Of a stretch of 64,000 bases of DNA, positions 17,654-27,148 are shown one piece after another. This DNA comes from a phage. The notes below the pieces were generated by a model. That model searched no databases, was not told the DNA's origin, and saw only the letters and a list, made by a program, of their open reading frames with translations. The translations under genes were made by a program, and so were the position numbers. Location: sequence record QB031382.1, one strand, 5' to 3'. Each line of letters opens with the position of its first letter. The stretch's first letter is position 1.

Positions 17654-17765
17654 GTGTAAACTGTCAGGGTGTAGACTATTCAAGGTGTAAATTATTCAGA
17701 TGCAAACTATCCAGGCGTAAACAGTCTATGCGGGAACAATCTGCACGTGAACAATGAAACATGAA
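17654..17765. repeat. degenerate tandem array, about 16-bp period, about 7 units
   Basis: GTGTAAACTGTCAGG / GTGTAGACTATTCAAG / GTGTAAATTATTCAGA / TGCAAACTATCCAGGC and further units. Confidence 0.55.
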
Positions 17766-19254
17766 ATAATAACAGTCGTTATTGTATCGAAAGTGTATAA
17801 GGTGTCAGATTATGGCATATTGTGTGACATTGTGTCAGACAAGTTTTTCTCCTCTTTGTCAAGTGCTGCATGTAAAATTTACAAACTGGTATGGTAGCAT
17901 TTTTGCGGCCCTGTTTACATTCAGGAGTGTATGTATAACCCTTGTTGTGTGGGCGTTTAGACGTCTGGACGGTCAGAAGTCTGCAGGTTAATATCTAATC
18001 TATTGGTCGCTAACTATATCCCCACAAATAATAAGAAATGCAATTGTTATATGCGTAAACAGTAACTCATGTTATCAATCCCTGTATGTATCGCCAGTGG
18101 TGCGCATAATGGGTATTATGTTAAATTGCCCGTAATGATAACGATTCTCACAATGATAGGTATTCTCATTCACCCGCCCAGGATAGGTTGCAAATGTTGT
18201 GCCACTGTGTGAACGGCCTCGCCTATTAATTTGCCTCACTGCCCCGATATTTGAGAATTATTATAAGAATGAGAAGTATTCCCATTTCGTCCGCCTGGCA
18301 GCACTCCTGTAGGACAAGCACAAAATCGTGGCATAACTGTACCTGTTCAGATATTTCTGGCTGACTCTTCAGGTCTGTGTGGGAAAAGCCAACCTCTCCG
18401 GCGGCGGGGAGTGGGTCAATTAAAAAATTTACGTGGTGTATGAAGCGCTCTTCAGGTAAGGCAGGTATTATGGGATGAATCACTCTTCAGGTGATGATAT
18501 TTGTAGGTGTGATATTTGCTGGAAAGCCAGATATGACGGGACTCCCGGCGGGGCAGGGGTAGTACAGACAGGGAAAATGTGGAGAATGTGGTGGGTAAAT
18601 TGATCAAGCAGGTAGAGTATGGAATATGTTACAGGTATGTTAAATATGGAGGTAAGATATTTGTAAGATTTGTGTGTAAAATCAAAGACTTAAGTAGTGT
18701 TGTGGTATTTTCTATAAATAATTCAAGTTTAATAGGGAATATTTGCCTCTATCCACTTTGTATGGTAACTATATTCTAATTGAATTGGTTTACAAGTGTA
18801 TATAAAGTATACAAATTAAAGATACAAGAAACCCCCCTCCCCCTTCGGCTACCATTCACCTTTTCCTCTGACTGGTACTTAAACACTTATTCAGACTCTT
18901 CAGGTTATCACTCATATATCATATGGCAGTGACTGGTGTCCTCCGGCCCCTCTTTCGTCACCCGTCCGCTTCGCCATGCTAATGCCATAGCTAACTGTTC
19001 GGTTGTTCACCCTGTTCACTCAGGTGTATCTCCATACCCCTTCAAACCGAAGAGAACAGAAAACCCGAATTACTCGGTAAAAGAAAAGAGAAGAACTTAA
19101 TTTTATCAGGATAGGCAAGAATGTCAAGGCATGACTGCTCACTAAACAAGCAAACAGTCATGTGTGGGAGGTAAGTGATTGTGGTGGTAGGAAATTTAGT
19201 TGAAAGATGTGTTATAGGTGCTTCCAGCACTTTAGCCTGGCAGCTAATTGTGTG

Positions 19255-19470
19255 TCAGTCCAGCGGTTCATCCTCTACTTCACTGAAATCAATGTTCAGG
19301 GTCTCTTCCCAACCATCGATCTCAGCACAAGAGTGGAGTTCTTTAGGGTTTACTCCCAAAGCCTCAGCAACAGAGTCTATATTTAACACCTCTGGCAGGT
19401 ATGATTCATCGAATTCAAGGTAAATCAGGCCACGAGTGTTGTCAGCTCCACCAAATATTTCTATCTTCAT
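19255..19470 (-). CDS. hypothetical acidic protein
   Basis: Track ORF, last gene of minus-strand array. Confidence 0.5.
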   Translation of the reverse strand: MKIEIFGGADNTRGLIYLEFDESYLPEVLNIDSVAEALGVNPKELHSCAEIDGWEETLNIDFSEVEDEPLD

Positions 19471-19590
19471 AAAATCTCCTCTGGAAATGAGAGTGTGAAC
19501 AGGGTTATACGTTCCAATGCGCAGGAATTTATATACGTTTGCCTCTTCAGGCCATGCTTTAGCATGATAAACTTATGTGGGCTCGGTGCT

Positions 19591-19893
19591 TCATAGTCTG
19601 CCACCTCTGAACTCTTCGTGCTCGGGCAGGATAGAGAACCAGATGTCTAAGATGTCTTCCCACGTCAGGTCATCAGCCTCAGGGTCTAAGTTTTCCTCTA
19701 CGGTCACTTCTTCAGATGTCTCTTCAGATGCATGTGTGTTGGTCATGTTCCACCCGTTAGTATTCCGGCAACAGCCGCTATGGACGTAATGATCATCAGG
19801 ATCACCACTAAAACTTCGGACAATGTTTTCATTGCGTATTCCATATTCTTCAAACGATGTGAGGATACTATCACAGGAGCGGTAATGTGTCAA
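19591..19893 (-). CDS. hypothetical acidic protein
   Basis: Track ORF in minus-strand array. Confidence 0.5.
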   Translation of the reverse strand: MTHYRSCDSILTSFEEYGIRNENIVRSFSGDPDDHYVHSGCCRNTNGWNMTNTHASEETSEEVTVEENLDPEADDLTWEDILDIWFSILPEHEEFRGGRL

Positions 19894-20049
19894 CAGAAAC
19901 GCCGCGAGGGTTGGTTAAAATCCGAGCGTATGGTGATTTGGGTCAAAACGGACGTGCGTTCTCGCTACGCTCGAAATAGAGAGTTGTTTACAGGCCGCCC
20001 TTAAACGCTCTGTAATAAGATTATCCATCTAAGGTATGCAATCGTGCAC

Positions 20050-20080
20050 CAGATAAAGAAAAGGACGCCACAGAGCGTCC
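20050..20080 (-). terminator. rho-independent terminator
   Basis: GGACGC-CACAGA-GCGTCC hairpin; minus-strand transcript continues UUUUCUUUAUCU. Confidence 0.65.
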
Positions 20081-20105
20081 TAGGTGCCTTAAATTTGATA
20101 TTTTG

Positions 20106-20417
20106 CTATACCCATGAGGGCTTGTCCAGGTTGGAGTAACTGAAAGGGGTCAAAAGGTGACTGTCAAAATCTTTCAAACTGTCCAGATCTTTTTCCTCGT
20201 CCTGACACCATCTGTGTCTACATTTATTGTTGTAGTGCATGGAATGCATAGCGTTCTGCAACTTAATAGGCACAAGTGATTCAGGAGTAGATAGAATTGT
20301 TGGGTATGCCAGAACTATCTCAAACAATGGAAACACATCGAAACTAAAGTCTACCTCTGCAGAGGTTGATGGCATATAGGAGTATTTAGCCGCCCTTGTA
20401 GACATAATCCACCTCAC
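20106..20417 (-). CDS. hypothetical protein
   Basis: Track ORF. Confidence 0.5.
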   Translation of the reverse strand: MRWIMSTRAAKYSYMPSTSAEVDFSFDVFPLFEIVLAYPTILSTPESLVPIKLQNAMHSMHYNNKCRHRWCQDEEKDLDSLKDFDSHLLTPFSYSNLDKPSWV

Positions 20418-20644
20418 ACAGGTTTGATAATACCTTTACCGAATAACTCTTCGTATCTAATCTTATCCGGATCCCACTCCTGGATAATTTCGAAGACAAT
20501 ATCTAACCCAGGGATAATCACTTCTCCAGTATCAAGTTTGGCAAGAACAAAACCAGAAGGCTGAATGGTTTCCCAGTTGCGACGATTGGAATAGAAGACC
20601 TCAAAAATATCACCGACCTCGATCTGTTGATCAAGATGGTTCAA
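20414..20644 (-). CDS. hypothetical protein
   Basis: Track ORF; 4-nt overlap with downstream gene. Confidence 0.5.
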   Translation of the reverse strand: MNHLDQQIEVGDIFEVFYSNRRNWETIQPSGFVLAKLDTGEVIIPGLDIVFEIIQEWDPDKIRYEELFGKGIIKPV

Positions 20645-20761
20645 GATTCTCTTTCATACGGACGCAGCGGATTTTTCGTGCAGGCCATAGACCACCTGCA
20701 TCACGTTCATTCAACTCTTTTACAGTGATCGGTATACCCATCTCAAATCTCCTTCATAGAT

Positions 20762-20788
20762 AGTAAAAAGAGGGGCCCAAGCCCCTCT
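20762..20788 (-). terminator. rho-independent terminator
   Basis: AGAGGGGC-CCAA-GCCCCTCT palindrome followed on minus strand by TTTTACTA. Confidence 0.65.
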
Positions 20789-20796
20789 CTTTGTCA

Positions 20797-21102
20797 TTAT
20801 TCTACAGAGCGTTTGAACAGAATGTCTGCTTCAGACATGTGCTCAACCTCTTCTTCGATTTTAGCTCGACGTTTTTCAGCTTCGTAGCGGATATCGAACT
20901 CGGTAGCCACCAGAGATTTGATGAATTTAGGAGAATACAGATGATCCTGCTTCTCAACAAGAATGATATCTTTGATAGCATCTTTCAGATCTTTGATCTG
21001 AAGCTGGAGTTCCACCAGTTCTTCGATTGTTTTGCGAAGGCGATCACGTTCTGCAGTGTCAGAAGGAAGAGAGGTGAACAGTTCAACTTTAGATTTAGCC
21101 AT
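20797..21102 (-). CDS. hypothetical coiled-coil protein
   Basis: Track ORF. Confidence 0.55.
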   Translation of the reverse strand: MAKSKVELFTSLPSDTAERDRLRKTIEELVELQLQIKDLKDAIKDIILVEKQDHLYSPKFIKSLVATEFDIRYEAEKRRAKIEEEVEHMSEADILFKRSVE

Positions 21103-21130
21103 AGTAAAAGTCTCCTTATGTTGTTTTAAA

Positions 21131-21448
21131 TTAACGTTCTACAAAAATACCGTTCAGTTCAATAACCAGGAATTTCTGGTCTTCACTATCGTCTCGTGCC
21201 AGAACCTCACAGACGTATCGGTCATCCCCATCATCATCGCAGTCAAATACAAGACTGAGGACTTTATCATGGTAAACCTTCGCCACTACCGCCTCGTAAG
21301 TATTGCCGATTGTGAATCCAAGATAATCTCCGATGCATTTGACAACAACATGGTCGCCAGCATTTAAGTCAATCTTCGTCATTACTGTGCTCCTTGGGTG
21401 ATAATATGGTATGTAAAACTTTAACCAGAGATGTGAATAACGCCCCAA
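21131..21448 (-). CDS. hypothetical protein
   Basis: Track ORF. Confidence 0.5.
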   Translation of the reverse strand: MGRYSHLWLKFYIPYYHPRSTVMTKIDLNAGDHVVVKCIGDYLGFTIGNTYEAVVAKVYHDKVLSLVFDCDDDGDDRYVCEVLARDDSEDQKFLVIELNGIFVER

Positions 21449-21537
21449 AACACACAGATAGCGCTAAAACGGATAAGGCCATCATTAAAGCTTCAGTAAA
21501 ATCAGTCATTCCTCACCTCTTGTTAGTAACTATACTA

Positions 21538-21738
21538 TCATTTATCTTCGCCGTCAAGAACTTTTTTAAATCTCTCAGGAATATCTCCTGTTCTTAGATA
21601 GCTCATGACCTCCCAAGGTTTCCACTTGAACTTCTTGCACAGTAAGGCAGCCGAGATCGTCTCGTTGCGAAAAGAAAGGATATTAATATCCCACTCTGAG
21701 AACCCCAATTTCCGAAGAGTGGCTATAGAAATCCTCAC
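21538..21738 (-). CDS. hypothetical protein
   Basis: Track ORF. Confidence 0.45.
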   Translation of the reverse strand: MRISIATLRKLGFSEWDINILSFRNETISAALLCKKFKWKPWEVMSYLRTGDIPERFKKVLDGEDK

Positions 21739-21890
21739 AGCAACCTAACAAGAGAGGCACGCAACAAACGCCACTGCCACAACCCACATCAGGATGTTCA
21801 TACAGCCCCCTTAATGAAATACAAGACATAGTGCCAAGGTCACTATCCAGCAAATAATTAACAGTGCCGTTGCAACCTTGGCAAGATTTA

Positions 21891-22178
21891 TCATAGCGTC
21901 TCTAAAATTTCATACCCTTCGGGTCGGAAAACAAGCCACTCAGGTGCTCCATTTGGTCGATACGCTTTATACAGAACAACCTGATCTCGGCACATACACA
22001 TTGCTACATAGTTTTCATCCACACCTGCAGCCTGCATTGCATCTTCTTCTCCGGCAACCGCTTTGCTTACAACTTCCTTGGTAGGCAGGTGGGCGATCAG
22101 CTCGTCACCATCGTTAATTCCAAAATGGCTGAGTTCTCCATTGGTATCTTTAATCTTGATCTTAACCAAATCTTTCAT
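21891..22178 (-). CDS. hypothetical protein
   Basis: Track ORF. Confidence 0.5.
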   Translation of the reverse strand: MKDLVKIKIKDTNGELSHFGINDGDELIAHLPTKEVVSKAVAGEEDAMQAAGVDENYVAMCMCRDQVVLYKAYRPNGAPEWLVFRPEGYEILETL

Positions 22179-22507
22179 TAGTCTTCCCCCAAGTTCAAAG
22201 GTCCTAAGATTTCATATGCCAGATTAGAAGTTACCAGGGGATCTTCTGCATCTTTAGTATTATACCACCCGTGAATAACCAGAGTCCCACTTTGCTTCAT
22301 GTCTAACTGAAACTGTTCTGCCGTTTCCTCATCCATCTCCAAGATCTCCATGAGGTATTTGATGTTAGGAAGGTATGCAGCTGTTACAGTCCCCTCTACC
22401 AGGCCTTCAGGCCAACCTACATCCGGATGACAAGTAGGGACCAGAGAGGTCAGCTTGATAGTGTATGCTTTTTCTGCACGAGCCTTCAGTAACGGATCAA
22501 TTTTCAT
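22178..22507 (-). CDS. hypothetical protein
   Basis: Track ORF; 1-nt overlap with neighbours. Confidence 0.5.
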   Translation of the reverse strand: MKIDPLLKARAEKAYTIKLTSLVPTCHPDVGWPEGLVEGTVTAAYLPNIKYLMEILEMDEETAEQFQLDMKQSGTLVIHGWYNTKDAEDPLVTSNLAYEILGPLNLGED

Positions 22508-22857
22508 TATTCTTCCTCCTCTTCGGTGCCTGCTTCCAGTAGTAAGTTAAGAACATCTTCAGCAGAAGGTTCGTAGAACTCCTGGCCTTCGTTGTCGATG
22601 ATACGATAGTCATCACCACGAATAATCAGAGGATCGTTATCAAAACCTTCAAGACCTTTAACAACGACAACACGGTCGATTGCCATCATTGTAAGAACTT
22701 TATCAACATCTTCCTCTGCCACACCATACTGCAGTAGGATGTCTTTGGTAGGAGGAACAGCATCAACCACAACACCGTTACCAAAACCTTCCGGAAGTTT
22801 AGCTAAAATATCTTCCGGAACCGCATTCATATCAAAACCTGTGATCTCTACTTTCAT
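22507..22857 (-). CDS. hypothetical acidic protein, MKxE/MKxK family
   Basis: Track ORF; acidic C-terminal tail. Confidence 0.5.
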   Translation of the reverse strand: MKVEITGFDMNAVPEDILAKLPEGFGNGVVVDAVPPTKDILLQYGVAEEDVDKVLTMMAIDRVVVVKGLEGFDNDPLIIRGDDYRIIDNEGQEFYEPSAEDVLNLLLEAGTEEEEE

Positions 22858-23115
22858 TTACAGCACCTCTTCGTCAACTACTTCATAAAAATGGCTTGGG
22901 ATTGCAATAGCGTTCTCACCTTCACCTACAAACACGGTCCCGTCAAGGATCAACATCATAAGAATGTCTGTAATATCCTCTTCCGGAACGTTGCCAAAAC
23001 CTTTAATCAACTTATAGGTCGGGATATTCGCCTCTAAGATGTCGCCATCTTTAGAGCGGAAATCAACACCGTCCTGAATCTCTGCCGTTTCAAGGTTTTT
23101 CAATTTAATCTTCAT
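22858..23115 (-). CDS. hypothetical acidic protein, MKxK family
   Basis: Track ORF; ends YEVVDEEVL like 24283..24552. Confidence 0.5.
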   Translation of the reverse strand: MKIKLKNLETAEIQDGVDFRSKDGDILEANIPTYKLIKGFGNVPEEDITDILMMLILDGTVFVGEGENAIAIPSHFYEVVDEEVL

Positions 23116-23194
23116 TAATCAGTCTCCTGCCTTGTTAAGATGAAGGTATTATTGCACACAGGGTTGGTGTTGTCAACACCTGTGTGGCATAAAA

Positions 23195-23590
23195 TTACTG
23201 AAACAGTGCAGATAAATTACCTTCTGGTGGAAACTTATCTGCCAAGAACGGAGTCAGAACAGTGGCCTTCTGAAGATCTGGAGTCCACTCGTTGTTCAGA
23301 ACATCCCAGTAGTACGCAATGTTGCTGTGTGGGTGCCGCATTACGAACTTTTTCCCTTCGTAGTCAGTTGAAACCTCTACAGAAGAAATAACAACAGAAT
23401 CTTCAAGAGTTTCTTCATAGAAAGATCCACCCTCGAATTTCCAACGAGATGCAAGAGCTCCTGCCTTAAACGCTGCAGATAACGGACTGTCGGCAAGAAC
23501 ATACATTTCTTGCACTCTGTCGCTGCGATCTTTGCTTCTTACGTTGTATACAGTATCTGAGCTATACTCAACACGGTATAGACTTACCAT
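23195..23590 (-). CDS. hypothetical protein, paralog of 25400..25810
   Basis: Track ORF; shares HP.S....YW.....WTP motif with 25400..25810. Confidence 0.55.
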   Translation of the reverse strand: MVSLYRVEYSSDTVYNVRSKDRSDRVQEMYVLADSPLSAAFKAGALASRWKFEGGSFYEETLEDSVVISSVEVSTDYEGKKFVMRHPHSNIAYYWDVLNNEWTPDLQKATVLTPFLADKFPPEGNLSALFQ

Positions 23591-23949
23591 TACCGCACCT
23601 CCTCAATAACTTCCACATCTGAACCTACCACAAATGCAAAAGGACAGGTTTCATGAAAGACATCCGGATCGCCGCCAAGCTTGCTAACTATTTCTCCACC
23701 ACTGATAAACACAAGCTCACCAATATTCATCAGATTGCTGAAATAGTATCCATAATGGTTAAAGAATGCAGCAGGGTCAGGTAGACTGGTGGCCTCAAGC
23801 TCTACATCGGTTGAGATTACTTTCTTATCATACCCTCTGGCCTTTTGAGATGCAAGATCTGCAGAATCCTCAGGCGACCGAAGATGCACAGGAATTGTTT
23901 CACCAATAAAGCGTACTTTCATATTATCACCCAACAACCATAGCTTCAA
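23590..23949 (-). CDS. hypothetical protein
   Basis: Track ORF. Confidence 0.5.
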   Translation of the reverse strand: MKLWLLGDNMKVRFIGETIPVHLRSPEDSADLASQKARGYDKKVISTDVELEATSLPDPAAFFNHYGYYFSNLMNIGELVFISGGEIVSKLGGDPDVFHETCPFAFVVGSDVEVIEEVR

Positions 23950-24190
23950 AAGGGGTCATAAACGAATAAACAGCATCATCATCTGCTTCAGGAAATGCCC
24001 CCAAAGCCTTCATGTCTGAGCCTTTAACAAATACAAGGTTTTGATCAAAAGCTTCTTGTGGATCAATCCGGTACATATTTCGTAGGGTATCACTTACCTC
24101 ATCATCAAGAGGCGAGTATGCTGTGCACGTTTTTCCAATCAAGCTTTGAGAATCAGGGTATCCACCTGAAGTTTTAAAATAAACAATCAT
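23927..24190 (-). CDS. hypothetical protein, KGxDLxAAGA family
   Basis: Track ORF; FVKGSDMKALGAFPE motif. Confidence 0.5.
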   Translation of the reverse strand: MIVYFKTSGGYPDSQSLIGKTCTAYSPLDDEVSDTLRNMYRIDPQEAFDQNLVFVKGSDMKALGAFPEADDDAVYSFMTPFEAMVVG

Positions 24191-24282
24191 ATAGTCTCAC
24201 CTCTGGTAAGAGATGGGGATTCCTTTCCCACAAATAGTTACAAACCTTTCTTGTCGAGGAAAGTATGCTAACCCAAGCAGGA

Positions 24283-24552
24283 TTACTCTTCTACAACCTC
24301 ATACACATCCGGAGTTACAATCAACTCTTCTCCGTTACCCGGTGCAACAAACACCACCAGACCTTCAGGTGTGTGCTTTTTAGCCATTTCGATGACATCT
24401 TCTCGCAGAGCTGGCTCCATCAGATCAAAACCTTCACCCAGGGCATCACGAACCACCTTCATGTAGTCCACTGGTTGTGCTTCAACGATCATGCCTTCAA
24501 CCAGTCCACAGTTTTTGTCTGCCAGCTCAGTTTGGAATAATTTAATTTTCAT
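24283..24552 (-). CDS. hypothetical acidic protein, MKxK family
   Basis: Track ORF; ends VYEVVEE. Confidence 0.5.
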   Translation of the reverse strand: MKIKLFQTELADKNCGLVEGMIVEAQPVDYMKVVRDALGEGFDLMEPALREDVIEMAKKHTPEGLVVFVAPGNGEELIVTPDVYEVVEE

Positions 24553-24578
24553 TTAGAGGTCTCCTCAATTATTTGATA

Positions 24579-24680
24579 TTAATAGCCGTAACCTAACACA
24601 TTAACTACAACTGCGATTGCAAACATAATTTCAAAGCATGCAATCTCTACATTTGGGACTAATTTCTTAATCATGCCCAT
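24579..24680 (-). CDS. small hydrophobic protein, 33 aa, absent from track
   Basis: ATG at 24680 after GAGGTG; hand translation MGMIKKLVPNVEIACFEIMFAIAVVVNVLGYGY. Confidence 0.4.
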   Translation of the reverse strand: MGMIKKLVPNVEIACFEIMFAIAVVVNVLGYGY

Positions 24681-24695
24681 TGTAGCACCTCAATC

Positions 24696-25007
24696 TCAAA
24701 AGTCAATCTTTACTTTACCTTTTCCCTTACCTTTCTTTCCACCACATTTAGCCAACTGGCGTGCTGCAACATCTACCATACGGTCAGTTGCCTCGTAAGC
24801 ATCACTACCTTTAGCTTTGGCAATGACTTCTTTTCCAGAATTGTCAAAAATGAAAGCCATAACTTCCTGGTGATCATTTTCAACTTTTACACTCACACGT
24901 GCATAGTTGGCAGAGGGGTGCAAACGCTCCAGCTTAGACATTTTGTGGGAAATGAAAGACACCATACCTTCAGTGATTTCTACGTTGCCAGTGATTTCAA
25001 TTTGCAT
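24696..25007 (-). CDS. ribosome hibernation factor-like protein (HPF/RaiA fold candidate)
   Basis: MQIEITGNVEITEGMVSFISHKMSKLERL...ATDRMVDVAARQLAK parallels E. coli RaiA/HPF; Lys/Gly-rich C-terminal tail. Confidence 0.5.
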   Translation of the reverse strand: MQIEITGNVEITEGMVSFISHKMSKLERLHPSANYARVSVKVENDHQEVMAFIFDNSGKEVIAKAKGSDAYEATDRMVDVAARQLAKCGGKKGKGKGKVKIDF

Positions 25008-25091
25008 AACGTGCTCCTTTTAAGGAAGAGAGAATAACAACCATCTCTTGAAAACAATAATACTATAGCTGAAGCGTTGTGTCAACAGTTT

Positions 25092-25382
25092 TTACAGCTT
25101 ATTATCGATAGTATCTAAAATATCTACAGCAAGATCTGCCATTTTTCGAACATACTCTGCAAACTCAACAGGATCCTTGATCAAAGAATTCACAGGGTCG
25201 TACCCTAGAGCGTTCAAAATGGCTGCAGCATCTACAACCTTCTCATCATTTGCGAAGATCTCACCGTCAAACTTGTAGGTCCATTTTGAGTCAATCTTGG
25301 CATGGCAGGATTGGTCCATGCTTATTACACCATCTTTTTTAAACGATTCGGTGTTATCAGTGTCCAAAACTAAATCCATCAT
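25092..25382 (-). CDS. hypothetical protein
   Basis: Track ORF. Confidence 0.5.
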   Translation of the reverse strand: MMDLVLDTDNTESFKKDGVISMDQSCHAKIDSKWTYKFDGEIFANDEKVVDAAAILNALGYDPVNSLIKDPVEFAEYVRKMADLAVDILDTIDNKL

Positions 25383-25399
25383 GTAAGTACCCCACTATT

Positions 25400-25810
25400 T
25401 CAGCTTATCTTTTCTTCAACAACCCCATAGCTTGGGGCAGAGTCAAGAGCTTTCTGGTTTAAAAGTGGTGTAGCAGAATCTGCAAACGGTGTCCAGGTTT
25501 TTGTTCTGGCATTCCAGTAATGCTTCACTCTAGAATCAGGATGCACTATAATAAAAACTTTTTCACTTGTCAACACGTTAATTTCTTCCACACCCTTGCT
25601 GACAATTTCTCCGTCATAGCCTCCAGTCTGGTATCCTTCGTACCAGGTTCTTGCATAGGCATATCCAGCCTGCCAGCATGCAGCCTCTTCAGAGGTGGAG
25701 ACTACGTAGAAGTCTTTCTCAAACTCTGGGATACGCCCTTGCTTTACGCTCCAAGCTCCGCGAATTTTCATTGTAACTTTAAACAGTTTATTTTTCACAA
25801 CAGTCCCCAA
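25400..25810 (-). CDS. hypothetical protein, paralog of 23195..23590
   Basis: Track ORF; shared C-terminal motif. Confidence 0.55.
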   Translation of the reverse strand: MGTVVKNKLFKVTMKIRGAWSVKQGRIPEFEKDFYVVSTSEEAACWQAGYAYARTWYEGYQTGGYDGEIVSKGVEEINVLTSEKVFIIVHPDSRVKHYWNARTKTWTPFADSATPLLNQKALDSAPSYGVVEEKIS

Positions 25811-26065
25811 TCACGGCTCTAAAATATCTGCATCTGACCCTACCCCAAAGGCATAATACGAGTCCTCTCCGAAATAATATTCCGGAGCACCAGCCGCGAT
25901 CAGGTCTGATCCCAAAATGAACACCACATTGTGGCCTACATAGCTGTGATTTTGCCGCACAGGATCATCCCACGGCAACCCTTCGAAGTATACAGCAGGT
26001 ACTACCTTTCCCTTCAGGAATGATTGTCCCAAGTAGACGTTAGAGTCAAGAATTTTAACCTTCAT
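25811..26065 (-). CDS. hypothetical protein, KGxDLxAAGA family
   Basis: Track ORF; MKVKILDSN...LGSDLIAAGAPE. Confidence 0.55.
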   Translation of the reverse strand: MKVKILDSNVYLGQSFLKGKVVPAVYFEGLPWDDPVRQNHSYVGHNVVFILGSDLIAAGAPEYYFGEDSYYAFGVGSDADILEP

Positions 26066-26279
26066 AATCGTCCTCCACTATCTCCACATCCTCCCCTAGG
26101 GCAAAGTTGTAGGCCCACTGACTGTCAAAGCATTCCTGAGACGCGCCAGCGGCAATAAGATCTGCCCCTTTTATTTTTAAAAGGTCAGGATAATCTTCGT
26201 TAGGGATAGCGGTAAACACTTTTCCAACTAAAGGCTCTTGACCAATATAGAAGTTTGAATCTAAAACTTTCACTTTCAT
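26055..26279 (-). CDS. hypothetical protein, KGxDLxAAGA family
   Basis: Track ORF; MKVKVLDSN...KGADLIAAGASQ. Confidence 0.55.
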   Translation of the reverse strand: MKVKVLDSNFYIGQEPLVGKVFTAIPNEDYPDLLKIKGADLIAAGASQECFDSQWAYNFALGEDVEIVEDDYEG

Positions 26280-26563
26280 CAGCGGTCTCCATCGGGCGGT
26301 TGTGGAACGTAAACACTGTTACGAATCTCGTCAGCAGTGTAGTAACAAGTTTTCCCCTCTCTGTCTCTGGCAGCAATGTATTCAGCTATACCAATAAGTG
26401 CCATAGACTTGGTAGCGTATCTCTTAAGCTCGTTAGCTCCCCAGCAAAATCTCTGCCAAAACGGTATGAAACCGAATAGGTACACTTTCTGTTTTACTAT
26501 CCAATAAGTGCCTTTACAGATCACTTTAAACTCTGCAGCACTGTTGCTGACACCATTGCTCAT
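26279..26563 (-). CDS. hypothetical protein
   Basis: Track ORF. Confidence 0.5.
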   Translation of the reverse strand: MSNGVSNSAAEFKVICKGTYWIVKQKVYLFGFIPFWQRFCWGANELKRYATKSMALIGIAEYIAARDREGKTCYYTADEIRNSVYVPQPPDGDR

Positions 26564-26575
26564 TATCTTCTCCTT

Positions 26576-26860
26576 TTATTTTTCTGGGTTTGGTAGATAT
26601 TGCACATTGGCAGGAGGAACACCGGATAGCTCCCAAACAACCATAGTGCTGTACCCTGGCACACTTCTAACATTTAAAAGAGTAGGAGCACCAACACATT
26701 TAAACTTCCTTTTCCCAAATCCGTTCTCCATCATAACCCAGTATCCTGTATCCTGATCACCTGGAATTTGTGTTCCATCATCGTCCACCCAGCGGACGGT
26801 CCATTTCGATACAGCAACGGCTCGGTATTTAAACTTTTTAAACCACTCAAACAGTTTCAT
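26576..26860 (-). CDS. hypothetical protein
   Basis: Track ORF. Confidence 0.5.
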   Translation of the reverse strand: MKLFEWFKKFKYRAVAVSKWTVRWVDDDGTQIPGDQDTGYWVMMENGFGKRKFKCVGAPTLLNVRSVPGYSTMVVWELSGVPPANVQYLPNPEK

Positions 26861-26944
26861 AATTAGCCATAATAACTATAAACAGACAAATAATGAATCC
26901 GAATGCCACGCCACCCATAAACGTTAATATTGATGCGACCATAA

Positions 26945-27130
26945 TCAATCATCCTCGTTTGGCAGCTCTTCCATTTTGACATACCGGAAAGTGTTGCCGT
27001 AATAGTTGATCCATGACATCAGCTCGCTTTCTTGCTCTTCCTCTGGGATTGACTCTCGGATGCTGACAAGTTTTAAGAAAATCCAATCACAATCTGCACC
27101 CATCCTACCAGACAGGCAATAGTGCTTCAT
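26945..27130 (-). CDS. hypothetical protein
   Basis: Track ORF. Confidence 0.45.
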   Translation of the reverse strand: MKHYCLSGRMGADCDWIFLKLVSIRESIPEEEQESELMSWINYYGNTFRYVKMEELPNEDD

Positions 27131-27148
27131 AGAACCCTCCCGACTGGT

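Noticed and set aside
18365-18905. Possible CRISPR-like array suggested by repeated CTCTTCAGGT
   Set aside because: Only a 10-11-bp motif with irregular spacing; no repeat-spacer periodicity or longer conserved repeat.
17527-19423. Short track ORFs in the 2.5-kb intergenic region (17527..17757, 17782..17991, 18226..18483, 18579..18779, 19042..19230, 19175..19423)
   Set aside because: No RBS, low-complexity or repeat-derived translations, mixed strands; treated as non-coding, though a small peptide cannot be excluded.
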